64,000 nt of DNA from Octopus sinensis. Lineage: Eukaryota. Location: assembly GCF_006345805.1 (NCBI RefSeq), contig NC_042997.1:31868001-31932000 (forward strand). The letters are read 5' to 3'. Position 1 is the first letter of the stretch. Every line of letters starts with the position of its first letter. This document shows, one piece after another, positions 11,382 through 24,335 of the stretch. The notes below the pieces were generated by a model that did no database searches, was not told the origin of the DNA, and saw only the letters and a program-made list of their open reading frames with translations. The translations under genes were made by a program, and so were the position numbers.

Positions 11382-13130
11382 TGATTGATTGATTGATGAT
11401 TGATTGATTCCAGTTTCAGCTCATGAGCTGTGGCCATGCTGGGCACCGCCATTTGGTGTTGCTACTTGGTTTCACTTCATGGAGGCTTTCTAGCAAACTG
11501 CTATTTGGTGCATGAGAGAGTTCGATGCAGCTGCCCTCATCTGCCCCTCCTGCCGTGAAGTTGGTTCATCTGGGACACTGACAGGAAGAGATCCAGCTCC
11601 ATTTTAAAGACATCTGTATCCACCCCATGCAGGTCTCTCAGGTTCATCGGGAGGATATTGAAGAGCTGTGGGCCTCGGAAGCCTAGGCTATCACAGAATC
11701 TTGTCCTACATCTTGATGGCAAGTTTGGAGTCCTAGGCACCACGCAGTGGCGCCCAGTTCTGGCGTTTGCGTAACTCTCGATGCCAAAGTTCAGGACGCT
11801 TCCCTCCAGGATCTTCAGATGTATATTATGGCATATCTTTCCCGCCTACGCTCCAGGGAATATAATTTTAATCTCTTGAGTCTTTCCCAGTAGCTTACAT
11901 TCTGCATAGAGGCTATTTTTCTTCGTGTAGCTTCGTTGGATCGCCCTCAAGTTCTGTGATCAACTTGACACTGGATGGTGACCATAGCTGAGAGCAATAG
12001 TCAAAGTGACTTAGGACAAGTGTCTTCCAGAGGACCATCATGGTTTCTTGTTCTCTTGTTTAAAGGTTCTAAGAATCCATCCAGCCAGGCGTCTGCATTT
12101 CACTGTCAGTTTAGCAACATGTACATGAAAGGTCGCGTCATCACTCATGTGATACCCAGGTCACGCACTGATTGTGTCTGGGATTGCAATCCCTCCGGGT
12201 CCAGTGTATTCCTTGGGTATTGCATTCAGTTTTGCATGCTGATAGTATAAAGCTTGAAACTTTTCAGCATTGAACTGCATGCTATTCTTTTCAGCCCACT
12301 GTGTAAATTTCGTCCAGCTCATATTGCAGGTGCCTAGTGTCTTCAGGGTTCTGTATTACCTGTGAAACTTTTGTATCATCTGCATAACTTGTGATCGTGG
12401 CTCTCCGCGTGGCTGAGGGCATGTCTGAGAGGGCCATTATGAACAGTAGTGGTCCCAAAACAGTGCCCTGTGGAACACCGCTCACTATTTGCGTGCTAAT
12501 GGAAGTGGCCCCATTGGCTACTACCACCTGACTTCTATTCTTCAGAAAGTCGTGAAGCCATTCTCCTAGTTTTCCAACTATGCCAAGATCACGCAGTTTG
12601 TGACATATCATTCCATGATCGACTTTATCGAAGGCCTTTGCGAAGTCGAGATATATGACTTCCACATTTGAGTGGTTGAGCAGTTGTTAAGCACCAGTCA
12701 TAGTGCTGCAGGAGCTGAGTTAAGCAGCTTCTTCCTGGTCGGAAACCATGTGGGGTGTCAGCAGCAAGTCATTTTCTTCAAGGAAGGTGATTAGTTTCCT
12801 TTGACTATTCGTTCCATGACCTTGCTGATGTGTGAGGTCAGAGATAGGTCTGTAGTTCTTGCCTCCGCTCTGCTACCTCCTTTATGAATAGGGCATATTT
12901 TACCTTCCTTCAGTTTTCTTGGAAGTTTGCCAGCTGCAAGGAAGTCTGAAAGAGGAACTGCAGTGGTCTTGCTAAGACTCTCTTACATACTTTTAGGAGG
13001 ATTGCCGGGAATCCATCGGGGCCAATAGCTGAGTCTATTTTTCATTTCATCTATAGCCTTTATTACATCATCTTCCTTATATCGATGTAATTAACGTCGC
13101 CGCCTCTGATTCTATATCTGCAGTGGTAAA
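11382..13130 (-). mobile_element. 5'-truncated, degenerate CR1/L2-group LINE (RT domain to 3' tail)
   Basis: ORF 12291-12665 has YLDFAKAFDKVDH, GVPQGTVLGPLLF and YADDTK; GPDGFPAILLK near 13020; C-terminal GPQLFNILP in 11537-11743; (AATC)n tail at 11382-11409; multiple frameshifts. Confidence 0.9.
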
Positions 13131-13134
13131 ATAT

Positions 13135-13192
<58 letters not shown>

Positions 13193-13330
13193 AAAAATTT
13201 AAGTTGAAAATGCACTGACAATAGTTTAAATATTTTTATTAATACATTTAAAGCTTTAACCGATTTACACTGATTTTCAAAATGTTAAAATAGTAAGACG
13301 TGGCTTATGTCGCAGCTGTCTTGCTTCTGA

Positions 13331-14335
13331 ATTTCTTTATTCGCCTATAAAAGGCATATATAGAAGGTACAGAACAGGGGCGGGGACGAAACAACGACAA
13401 TCTTACAGAGGGCTGGGGTTACAATCATTTAAAATTTGGATGAATCCGAAAGACAAATGCCATTTTAAATCGAAAATGAAATTGCAAATAAAATCGAAAT
13501 GAAAAACGCAATTAAAAATATAATTACAGAATTATATAGTCCAAGAGTTCATTTTTAACCCACCGGTTTTTACCTTTTTTACCTTACTTTTTTCTTTTCA
13601 TTTTGACAGGCTACACTAGCACGGCCCCGTTCATACTCAACTTCCTTTCCACATTTTTCCATCTTTTTCCGTACACACTCGGAGGCAGGTACCTTTTCTC
13701 CAGACGGATCTTTCTTAGCAAGTGGAAGTTACAATAACTTACCAAACCCGAGATAAAGTGGCCTGTCTCAATCCCTTTCGCGCGTGTTATCCATACTGTA
13801 TCTTTCAGTATGGCTACCACGTAGAGAAAAGATGCCTTCTTTTCCTTGTTAAAGAAGGGAGGCGGTACTATCTTAACGATGGACTCAGTCGAAAGCCGTA
13901 CTCTTTCTGCATCCGACATCAGTTGTTCGACATAGGCTATCAACTTCCTCAGCTCCTCACAGTGTACGAAAGCGTGCGCAACAGTTTCACTGACGCATCG
14001 GCACCTTGAGCATGTGGAGAGATGTCAAAACCGTATCTGGGCAACCTCTCTCGAACCGGTAAGGTCGATCTGTATAGCACAACCAAGCCAAGGATTTCTG
14101 GAAGTTATCCAGATACTTCGGCCCGAATGTCCTCCCGAACAGGCTGGTCAGTTGTTCCTCATCGAGGCCTAGAGTCTCTCCCAGGGCATCGCCGGATTCA
14201 TACTCTACCAAACCTCTATAAAAATCCGCAGTGGCAACCTCGCTGCCGGTATTACTCGCTCGGGAGAACAGAGTGAGTGTTTGTCTGCACTGTTTCTGCT
14301 ATTCTTCCATCTTAGGACGCTTCAATTTACACAAC
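13331..14335 (-). mobile_element. Tx1/L1-clade LINE, 3' part of ORF2 plus 3' UTR
   Basis: FGPKYLDNFQKSLAW, STESIVKIVPPP and RKIRLEKRYL segments homologous to 29899-30231; position is the region around the C-terminal CCHC knuckle; ends ...GGCGAATAAAGAAAT. Confidence 0.8.
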
Positions 14336-14369
14336 GACTGGTTGGGGTAATTATATTCCTTCAGAAACA

Positions 14370-14750
14370 TGACCCCCACCCCAAATCTTAATTAATTATG
14401 CCATAACCAAAGTAAAAGAAATCCCAATCTTTGCCCTCCCGAGAAACACACACGAGAGGTAAAAACAAAACCACAAATATGAATATTTTAATCTGAATAA
14501 TCATAATCTTAGAAGCCACAACATCCTATGCTCGGCTAAACGATACCTCCCAATTCTACATCGAATCTCCGACAACTAATAAAAGAATAACCAATTATCA
14601 ACAGCCGAAGACAACCAACAAATCTCAAAAGACTTCTAACAAAAGTGAGATCCATATCGGAGAAAGAAATACTGTACGTAGCAAACTCGTTACAGGACGT
14701 GAGGAATCCTTTATAAAGGAATAACAGACAGATTCACGGGAATTGAAGGT
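14370..14750 (+). mobile_element. Penelope-like element remnant (RT thumb/linker toward GIY-YIG)
   Basis: Manual translation with stops and frameshifts: PQILINYAITKVKEIPI...HNLRSHNIL...YLPILH...PIINSRRQPTNLKRLLTK, matching the RQPxNLKxLLT linker motif I recall for Penelope/Poseidon elements. Confidence 0.7.
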
Positions 14751-14768
14751 GAATACAAACATAAATAT

Positions 14769-15026
14769 CTATTTCTATTTCTTTACTATCCACAAGGGGC
14801 TAAACACAGAGAGGACAAACAAGGACAGACAAGGACAGACAAGGACAGACAAGGACAGACAAACGGATTAAGTCGATTATATCGACCCCAGTGCGTAACT
14901 TAATCGACCACGAAAGGATGAAAGGCAAAGTCGACCTCGGCGGAATTTGAACTCAGAACGTAGCGGCAGACAAAATACCGCTAAGCATTTCGTCCGGCGT
15001 GCTAACGTTTCTGCCAGCTCGCCGCC
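14769..15026 (-). mobile_element. SINE family A with internal (GGACAGACAA)x4 expansion
   Basis: Reverse complement of the family A consensus seen at 9080 and 52963. Confidence 0.9.
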
Positions 15027-15230
15027 CTGCTAACATAAATATCAAAGCAAAACAAAAATCTATTCTGCTGCATCACATACCCACAGTGCAAGGAGTATTG
15101 CATCGGAGAAACAGGAACAAAACTAACCAGCCGCGTGAGAGTGAGAGAGCAAAAACGGCAAATTAATGATTTATCTATCAGAAATGTTTCCTGTAGGGAA
15201 CATTTAGACATCGTATGTGCAAATTGAAAA

Positions 15231-15617
15231 TCTTTATATATCAAAGTGAGGTTGTGTGTCTGTCTCCTACGATTTAGATTCCTAACTACTCCCACATTTT
15301 GCGGTGCAGTTTAACCAAAACCGGGTATCTTATAGTCGTGATTCATATCGAGCCCTTCTGGGTATTAGCGCGCGTCTACGATGAGTCTACGATTTAAAAA
15401 AAAATTTACCATCATTTTTTTCCATTTTAATGCATTTTTTTGCTATTATATAAGGGAAGTAACTCTCTAAAAATGTCTACGATGAGTCAACGATTTTTAA
15501 AAGAATTTTTTTTCATTTTTAATGCATTTTTTTGCTATTTTTTGGCCATAACTCTGTAAAAATGCTTATATAGTTATTTCCCTTACAAACCCGAGCAACG
15601 CCGGGCGATACTGCTAG
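15231..15617 (+). mobile_element. Non-autonomous Helitron, subfamily C2
   Basis: a|TCTTTATATA...CCCGAGCAACGCCGGG CGATACTG CTAG|t. Confidence 0.87.
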
Positions 15618-15974
15618 TTCAAAATATTTCCTTTTTTTTTTTTTCAGAATAAAAGATGAAAATGATCAACTACGAAAGGCAAAATAATGATACTTTATCA
15701 GAATTCTAAATCCGAAAGTAAACCAGAATCAACCAATATCATTGCTAAAAGCAACTTCCTCAATACGGATTAACCCAGAACACATGTATTTGAAAAGTTG
15801 AACAACGAAAGCGCTTACACACAAAATATATGCAACGCGAAAACTGCTTCCCAAAAGATTTGTGACATTTTGTTTTTCAAAAAAAGTTTCTTAAACAGTT
15901 AATAACTTCAAAGAAATCTTCCTTTAAATATTGTGATTATGCCAAGTATTTTTTTGCATAAACTTTATATATAA

Positions 15975-16480
15975 CTAGCAGTATCGCCCGGCGTTGCTCG
16001 GGTTTGTAAGGGAAATAACTATATAAGCATTTTTAGAGAGTTACTTCCCTTATAAATTCGGGCTTTCTTAGCCATTTTTGTTTTGGTGTCTTCAAGCCAT
16101 GAAGTCGTTGTTCTAAAAGAACGCTGGTTTCCTTCACAACGCATTACGACGTTGATTTCTTTACACTCCCTTCCCCACAGCTTCACGAGGGAGGGAAGGG
16201 GGAGAAGCAAACAGGTGCAGCTGTGAGCGTGGACGCCAACTCCACCGCCATCGACATACGATGCATTTTATGCATTAAAATGGAATAAAAAATGATGTTA
16301 AATTATTTTTAAAATCGTAGACTCATCGTTGACGCGCGCTAATAGTCAGACGGGCTCGATATGAATCGCGACTATAAGATACCCGAATTTGGTTAAACTG
16401 CACCGCAAAATGTGGGAGGAGTTAGGAATCTAAATCGAAGGGGACAGACACTCACACAACTAGAGTTTTATATATATAGA
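15975..16480 (-). mobile_element. Non-autonomous Helitron C2 variant carrying an extra ~210-bp internal segment
   Basis: Same termini as the other C2 copies; segment of about 16050-16260 is absent from them. Confidence 0.83.
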
Positions 16481-16482
16481 TA

Positions 16483-17060
16483 TCTAATATAATAAATGTG
16501 AATGTCAGTGTGTCAGTGTGTCACACTTTTTCATCTTTACTCCTATAAGCCGTAGCCCAACATATCATACCATTTTGGAATCAAGCCGACTCCGTGAATA
16601 AAATTAAAACATTCCAGGCCGAATCCTGACCCACAATCCTGAAATTTTGGATTCCCAAGTTTTCATTGCTAGGATTGTTTGCGGCGATTTTTTTTTTGTA
16701 CGATAACAATTTTTATAACTTGGAAATAAATTTTGGGAATAATCGAAATTAATTGCGAAATCCATCAATTATTTTCGATGATTTTTTTTACTTGTTTTTT
16801 TTTTTTTTGTACGATAACAATTTTTATAACTTGGAAATAAATTTTGGGAATAATCGAAATTAATTGCGAAATCCATCAATTATTTTCGATGATTTTTTTT
16901 ACTTGTTTTTTTTTTTGTTTTTTGTTTTTTTTTGGCGGGGGGGGTTGCGACGAATACGATCATCATTGGGATATGATTCTCGAGGAAGCAATTGCAACAA
17001 ATTCTCCAAAACAAGACAGAGAGCTGTTTGCAGATCTTCCCATTTGGAGTCAGTAACTTA
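16483..17060 (+). mobile_element. Different Helitron (5' end plus RepHel remnant)
   Basis: a|TCTAATATAATAAATGTG start; DHHWDMILEEAIATNSPKQDRELFA resembles the DDxxWxxxLxEA...PxQLRxLFA motif between Rep and helicase domains; ~111-bp internal tandem duplication near 16690-16910. Confidence 0.62.
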
Positions 17061-17084
17061 AAAGCTATATACTAACATAAAAGC

Positions 17085-17161
<77 letters not shown>

Positions 17162-18311
17162 CGTATTCTGTTTGGTTTTATATCCTTCTCTAAGAAATAT
17201 ACGCCTTCTTTCCAGCGCTCCGCGCTCTTCCCAAACTATCAGCCCTTTTCGTCCTATTCAAATCCACTCCTCTCCTTTCTTCTTTCTATCTATATTCAGT
17301 CTGTTACTGATATAAAACTTACTTTTTGTTATCCGCTTTCACACCTCTCTAATGAACTCCATGCCTTCGTAATGTATATATTCATAGAAATTTTAAGTGA
17401 AACCGATGATAGCCTTTATACTAACGCTGTTCTTGCGTTATTATGATTTGTCGTAATTTCTATTCAAAGTTAATAATACATACTCTGAAACAAAGTCATG
17501 TCAAAGTAGCTTAAAATATGTCGACTATTATTGAGTAACATTTAAGCCAGATTAGTTAGTAAGTCAAAATAGCACAAAGCAATCTCTGTCGTTAGCCGCC
17601 ATATACAACACAATAAAACTTCAATTTCCAAAGATATTTCAGAGACTAAACATCATCCAGCCTTATATATCACAATAAGGTGTCCTGGTTTTAATTGGAA
17701 ATGAATGGGTTGTATTGGTGGTCTTCACCCTTAGAATATCTAAGCTTTAAAGACTGAAGCCTCCGCAGCAGGTCGTAAACTAAGCGAGATTAGTTGTGAT
17801 GCGAGAACACAGGCGGTATACAGCTTTTGAAGTTGGTGAATTTTAAGAGCATTATAGCGAGACCTAGAATCAAAACACAAATTCTCAGTTACCAAGTCAG
17901 TACCACGTGTAGATCACATTTTTATCACTGATTTTTACCAATCAGATTGCAGCGATATTATACCATATCATAAACTTAGTCGAATGTTTTGTTACCTTTA
18001 CGAGCGCTTTTCTTCGTATAAGACGAAATCCAGCTAAGAATAACCGCTGAGATTTGAGAGTCACCAGAGAAAACATATCCTCAACTCTCGCTTCAAGAAA
18101 GTCAGAGCGCGGCCTAGTATAGCAGGAATAACGTCGAGTTTTCATTTGCTGAATCCAACTAGAAATGAAGGAAATACTTCTTTCATAATTTCAGATCAAT
18201 TCTGTCCGACGATCTCGAGCCTTACTAATCATTACTATGTATGTGCTACACTGACACTCGATTTCTTATCTCTATGTCTCTACCAGCAGTCATTAGAAAT
18301 TTATATAAACA

Positions 18312-18703
18312 CTAGCAGTATCGCCCGGCGTTGCTCAGGTTTGTTTCGACCCTTTAGAATTGGAATTTTTGAAAAGTAAAAATTTTGCATTGTGTAGCTT
18401 GTTATTCTCTTTAAGTGAACATTTTTCTGGTTGAAATACACCGAAAAATGGCGACACAGTAGTCAAAAAATCGTAAAAAATAGGGATTTTCATAGAAAAA
18501 AAGCACCTTTTTGATGTAGATAATTTTTGGTGTTAACATGGTCCGATTTGAATTTACTCTTCTTCGGGAGGAAGAGCAAGCCTTCTTCTATCATACTCTC
18601 AATTTTGGTCAACTTGCGCCACAGGATCTCGGAGGAGATATTGTTAGTTGAAGGCTACCAAACCTGCCATACAAAGACAACTTCAGCTTTATATATAGAG
18701 AGA
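18312..18703 (-). mobile_element. Non-autonomous Helitron, subfamily C1
   Basis: Homologous end to end with 2898-3288. Confidence 0.85.
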
Positions 18704-18974
18704 TTTTCGATAAATCTTGCAATAATGATATATTATGTTATATTCGCGTTTTTCATGTATGCATAACACGCAGCCCAGATTACACCAGACAGTAATAGTA
18801 CACGCATGAAAAAACTCACAGATAGCATAATGCACCAACTAAAAGAGTATTATTGCCATTCGAAGAAATCGTGGTTCATTACTGTAGTTTTTCTAATATT
18901 TCTTCCCTTCGATGTGTCATTACGAGGAAGACGTCCTGAAATATTTTGCTGATGACATGAAGGGCAAGTAATTT

Positions 18975-19403
18975 GGAATCTTTTCCTTTTGAACGGCACT
19001 TTGTAACATAATTTCTAGGTAACTAAAAAGTTTTAAACTTCGTATACTGGTAGAATGTGTTTATAAAACATCATTTTCTCTTGGCTTTATTGAGAAAATT
19101 CTATAGTTTGTAAGATATTTCGTCTGAAATTTCGAGCATTTCGGCAAATTTAACCAATCAAATACGTCCATAATCATATCGAATGAAAACGATAATGATT
19201 AGCATCAATGGAGGTAATCGATTGGTTAAAATTGCCGAAATGCTCGAAATTTCAGACGAAATATCTTCCAAACTATAGAATTTTCTCAATAATGCCAAGA
19301 GAAAATGATGTTTTATAAACACATTCTACCAGTAAACGAAGTTTAAAACTTTTTAGTTACCTAGAAATTATGTTACAAAGTGCCGTTCAAAAGGAAAAAA
19401 TCC
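18975..19403. mobile_element. Long-TIR foldback/MITE element (possibly Mutator-like)
   Basis: About 180-bp inverted arms around a short spacer; GTAATTT(GGAA) repeated on both flanks; related termini at 24896-25306. Confidence 0.65.
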
Positions 19404-19409
19404 GTAATT

Positions 19410-19892
19410 TGGAACAATGCAACTGCTTACCCAGATACTCACCAACGTGTCAGTAATAATGGTAAAATAATGTACATGTTCTTGCTATCCAATATTTCCT
19501 CTTTGATCCAGCCAATAATCAAATTAATCTATAACAACTGAAACCTGTAAGAGATTATGAAAGAAGTTCTTGTGATGGATGATAGACGAGGAATAATGTT
19601 ATGAAATACAGGACGATGTCAACGAACTCTCGATATCATCTAGAATTACAATCTCAAGTCTACAATATTTAAAGTAGCAGCTTCATGAAAGGCACTAAGG
19701 ACAAACAGTCTAGATAGTGCTTGCGAGTTGAGGGATTTCTGTACGATATGGGGATGGAATGTGATGATGAAGGATTTCGAGCAAGCGAATTGCATATTAA
19801 GCCAGGTGAAGCTGATGTCACAGAAGAAACGCCGGAACCGAGTTAGAAGACACAGTGCGTATCCTTATATACAAACCTATGTACCATGAGTA
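19410..19892 (+). mobile_element. Highly decayed 3' end of a restriction-like-endonuclease non-LTR element (tentative)
   Basis: Fragmentary ELRxxxxIWGWNV and LEDTVRIL segments resembling ...LGTARILR C-termini, followed directly by an (ATT)n tail; heavy decay. Confidence 0.3.
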
Positions 19893-19991
<99 letters not shown>

Positions 19992-20041
19992 TATCATCAT
20001 CATCATCATCATCATTATTATTATCATTATTATTATTATTA

Positions 20042-20082
<41 letters not shown>

Positions 20083-20126
20083 TATTATTATTATTATTAT
20101 TACTATTATTATCATCATCATCATCA

Positions 20127-20175
<49 letters not shown>
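19893..20175. repeat. (ATT)n/(ATC)n microsatellite
   Basis: Directly visible. Confidence 0.96.
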
Positions 20176-20177
<2 letters not shown>

Positions 20178-20356
20178 TCTTCCCCCTCTCTCTCTCTCTC
20201 GCTCGCTCGCTCGCTCTTTTTGTCTCTTTATTTCTTTCCGGAAAAGGTATCAGCTGTGTTCAGATCTAGAGAAGGAGGGAATTCATTCAGACACACACAC
20301 ACACACATACTCACACGGAGTTTATCACATACACATTTTCACATACATTCACATGT

Positions 20357-21500
20357 TAGGCTGAAAAGAAAGTCATATCGCATTTCAAGATGAGAAAGAA
20401 ACAAACGCTTCTTTGGTCTTAATTGATATATTCAATCAAGATGATATTCCTCCTCATTATTGATAACATAATCTCATATATTTGGCAAATTGTTTATTTC
20501 TCGGGTGTAAAATTCTTCAGGCTTCGAAGCAAAGAAACACTCAACATCATTTTTAACTTCTTCACAATAAATTAACTGTTTTCTTGCTATGATCTGAAAA
20601 GATGATAGTCAGGTGGAGCAAGGTCAAGGGTGTATGGAAGATGAGGTAAAAGTTTCATATTTAGTGCCATATTTTTTTCTGGATAACTCGGTCAATATAT
20701 GGTCTTCAGTTATCGTATAAGAGCATTAACCTATTATGATTAACCAATAATGGACATTATTTTCCTAATTGTTGTGCAATGCTTTCGATTAACAGTAATA
20801 CTTCTCCATATTTCGTTTTGGTTTAACACTTCATAAAAGACGATGCCTTTCATAACCCACCGAAGACAGAGTATAACTTTTTTTCGAATGTAGTCCTGGT
20901 TGGGGGCTGGATCCTCCTTTTTCACTGGATGCTAATCATTATCGTTTTCATTCGATATGATTATAGCGAACCCACTTTTCATCACAAGTGATGATTCTAC
21001 TCCGGACAAGTTTAGTAGCAAATTTACTCCTCAGTCACAAGAAAGAGCAACTTTTTAACTAAACTGAGAAGCAGTCGGACAATATGAGACTCACTGGTCA
21101 AATTTAGATACCTATTCTGGTTCATGACGGTGTTTCATGATCAAAATGTGATTTAAATTGAACTGTTCAATTTCAGTTAACTGTTGTGCTAATTCTTGTT
21201 CAATTTGCTTTGAATTTTCGTCAGCTACGGTTTTCAGAAGCTTAATATCAACAGAACTTGGTTATGCGAATCGAGAGAAATCTACAAAGGAACAATTTCT
21301 TGAACGAAACTGACCAAACCAGTTGGCATGTTCGAACTCTTTGAGTTCCATTTCGAAAGACAGAACGAATATTTCTTGCCGCTTCCATTGCTGAAGAAAG
21401 AACCCTTTTTAAATTCATACAGCATGTAGTGTCTAGTATAAAATCATTTTAAAAGACTAAAATCGATACGAATTTAACCACTATGGCATAAAGTAATGTA
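20357..21500 (-). mobile_element. Degenerate mariner (D,D34D-type) transposon
   Basis: Minus-strand HLPYTLDLAPPDYHLFRS (about 20585-20648) and KKVILCLRWVMKGIVFYEVL (20740-20925); the right boundary is uncertain. Confidence 0.75.
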
Positions 21501-21611
21501 CAAAGAACAATAAACCATTAGAAAGTAAAAATTAATGTTTATTTTATCGTAAGTATTGAAAAGTACCTTCAAATTGATCAAGTCAAGAATACAACAGGGC
21601 TTTCCAACTTG

Positions 21612-21612
<1 letters not shown>

Positions 21613-21648
<36 letters not shown>

Positions 21649-21657
21649 TGTGTGTGT

Positions 21658-21700
<43 letters not shown>

Positions 21701-21992
21701 TGTTTGTGTGTGTGTGTGTGTGTTCATATACATATGCATTATATATGTATGCGTATATGTATGCGTATATATGTATATTCGAGAGGATGCTGACAAGTTT
21801 TTGGCTTTGGGTAAAAGAGAACACAGGAGGATTAATCAATTATGATTTTATTCAACATATTCCTCTCTCAGATTCACACACTTATTGTAGCGATCCTTCA
21901 GTTTTTCTAAATCCTGTAAAGAACTCGGAAGGTTGGGAGTCCAATCAGGCTTTTTGCGACACCCTTAAAGCCAGGAACTTTTCAGCACCTCT

Positions 21993-22071
<79 letters not shown>

Positions 22072-22895
22072 GTGTGTGTGTGTGTGTTGTATGTGTGTGT
22101 GTACGCACACACACAAACATATAGTGTGTGTATGATGTATGTGTATAATTATACTTACATAGCATACGCCATATACATAAACTCTACGTAATGTATTCAG
22201 TTAACTCCTTTCGTTTGTATACCTAAACGTGTGTGTGTTTTATGTATGTATGTGTGTATGTATGTATGTATGTATGTGTGTATGTATGTATGTATGTATG
22301 TATGTACGTACGTATGTATGTATGTATGTACGTATGTACGTATGTATGTATGTATGTATGTATGTATGTATGCATGTATGTACGTACGTACGTATGTATG
22401 TATGTATATATGTATGTATGTATGTACGTATGTATGTATGTATGTACGTATGTATGTATGTATGTATGTATGTATGTATGTATGTATTATGTACGTATGT
22501 ATGTATGTATGTATGTATGTATGTATGTATGTATTATGTACGTATGTATGTACGTATGTATGTATGTATGTATGTATGTATGTATGTATGTACGTATGTA
22601 TGTATGTATGTATGTACGTACGTACGTACGTACGTACGTATGTATGTATGTATGTATGTATGTATGTATGTATGTATGTACGTATGTATGTACGTACGTA
22701 CGTACGTACGTATGTACGTATGTATGTATGTATGTATGTACGTACGTACGTACGTATGTATGTATGTACGTATGTATGTATGTATGTATGTATGTATGTA
22801 TGTATGTACGTATGTATGTATGTATGTACGTACGTATGTATGTATGTATGTATGTATGTATGTATGTATGTATGTATGTACGTACGTATGTATGA
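21613..22895. repeat. (TG)n tracts and a long (TATG)n/(TACG)n array, with a small mariner-type MITE at about 21780-21996
   Basis: Visible repeats; MITE has inverted termini GATGCTGA(C/A)AAGTT...GGCTTT. Explains all YVCM/TYIH ORFs. Confidence 0.92.
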
Positions 22896-23727
22896 GCACG
22901 TATGAATGGTCATAGAGTGGGGGATCGATGTAATTGAGTGTATCTTAATCTTTCTGCGATTCGCGATTATACCTGAGTAAAAACATACATACACACACAC
23001 ACACACAGATATACACATAAAAAAAAAAGAGAAATCAATTCTTTACGAAGCTTCAAGTTTACGAGATTAGAAATTTGGTTTTTGTCACGTTCTTATCATT
23101 TCCAAAGTTCTTATGCGAAGTCAGTGCTAAGTGAAGCAGTTTCCAAAAACAGGAAATCGAAACCGCGTCGCGGACTACGTTAATGGAGGACGTAGGCTGC
23201 ATCACGGAACACCATATACAATAGATAGTGTGTACGCACTCACATCTGACTGGATCAATAACCCAGATCTAAAGACATCAATATACGTGTTTTTGAGTGC
23301 GTGTGTGTGTAGTCATGGTATATTCCGTTAAATACGTAATAAAGCACAGTATCAAGTTCATCCACCTTCAGATTTCACCCTGTGTTATCCAGTAGTAGTA
23401 TCTATCATACGTACTTCTAGATTTGCGTTTGGGCATTTGTCGTGTATGAATAAATAATTGAAAACAATTGGAGTCAACAACAAGAAGTACGGTTGGACAT
23501 TTATTTTCAATCACTACTGTTGTTTCTACGCAACATAGTTCTTCAGGCGTGCAGGTACATGAGTAATCGACGGTTTTCCTGCATTATGAGGTCTAGTTGT
23601 GTTTCTTCGAGCGATATGTAAATATTGTCTCCGTACGTTCAAATTCTCGGCTTCAAGAACATCTTCTCTGTCTATTGTGGCCTGAATTTAGTAGTAGTCA
23701 CTGAAGGGTGTTGTTGCTGAAGGACCG

Positions 23728-24030
23728 TTATGCATGTATGTATGTATGTATGTATGTGTATGTATGTATGTATGTATGTATGTATGAAGTATGATGTATG
23801 TATGTATGTATGTATGTATGTGTGTATGCATGTATGCATGTATGCATGTATGTATGTATGTATGTATGTGTGTATGCATGTATGTATGTATGTATGTATG
23901 CATGTTTGTATGTATGTATGTATGCATGTATGTATGTATGTATGTATGTATGTATGTATGTATGTATGCATGTATGTATGCATGTATGAATGCATGTATG
24001 TATGTATGAATGCATGTATGTATGTATGTG
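23728..24030. repeat. (TATG)n/(TGCA) microsatellite
   Basis: Directly visible. Confidence 0.95.
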
Positions 24031-24054
24031 CGATCTTTAGATATTGGTCTACAG

Positions 24055-24335
24055 CAGTGATTCTCAGTCAGGGTCCATATAAGATTTTTGGGGATCCACA
24101 CATCAAAATATTAAATTAGGAACCCACAAAAATTTTGCTTTAGATGTACATATTGGTATGTATTGCCAGAAACAGGTTTCTTTCTCTAACATTCTGTGTA
24201 AAAAAAACAAAATAGGAATTTTGAAAGAGGTTTCCATGAAACTAATTTTTTTAAAAAATTGAATGGTTTAGGGAGTCCACCAGAATAAAATAATAATCAA
24301 AGGGTCCATAGATACAAAATAGTTGAAGACCTCTG
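24055..24335. mobile_element. hAT (Charlie-like) MITE
   Basis: CAGTGATTCTCA / TTGAAGACCTCTG termini; 8-bp TSD gtctacag/atctacat. Confidence 0.6.
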
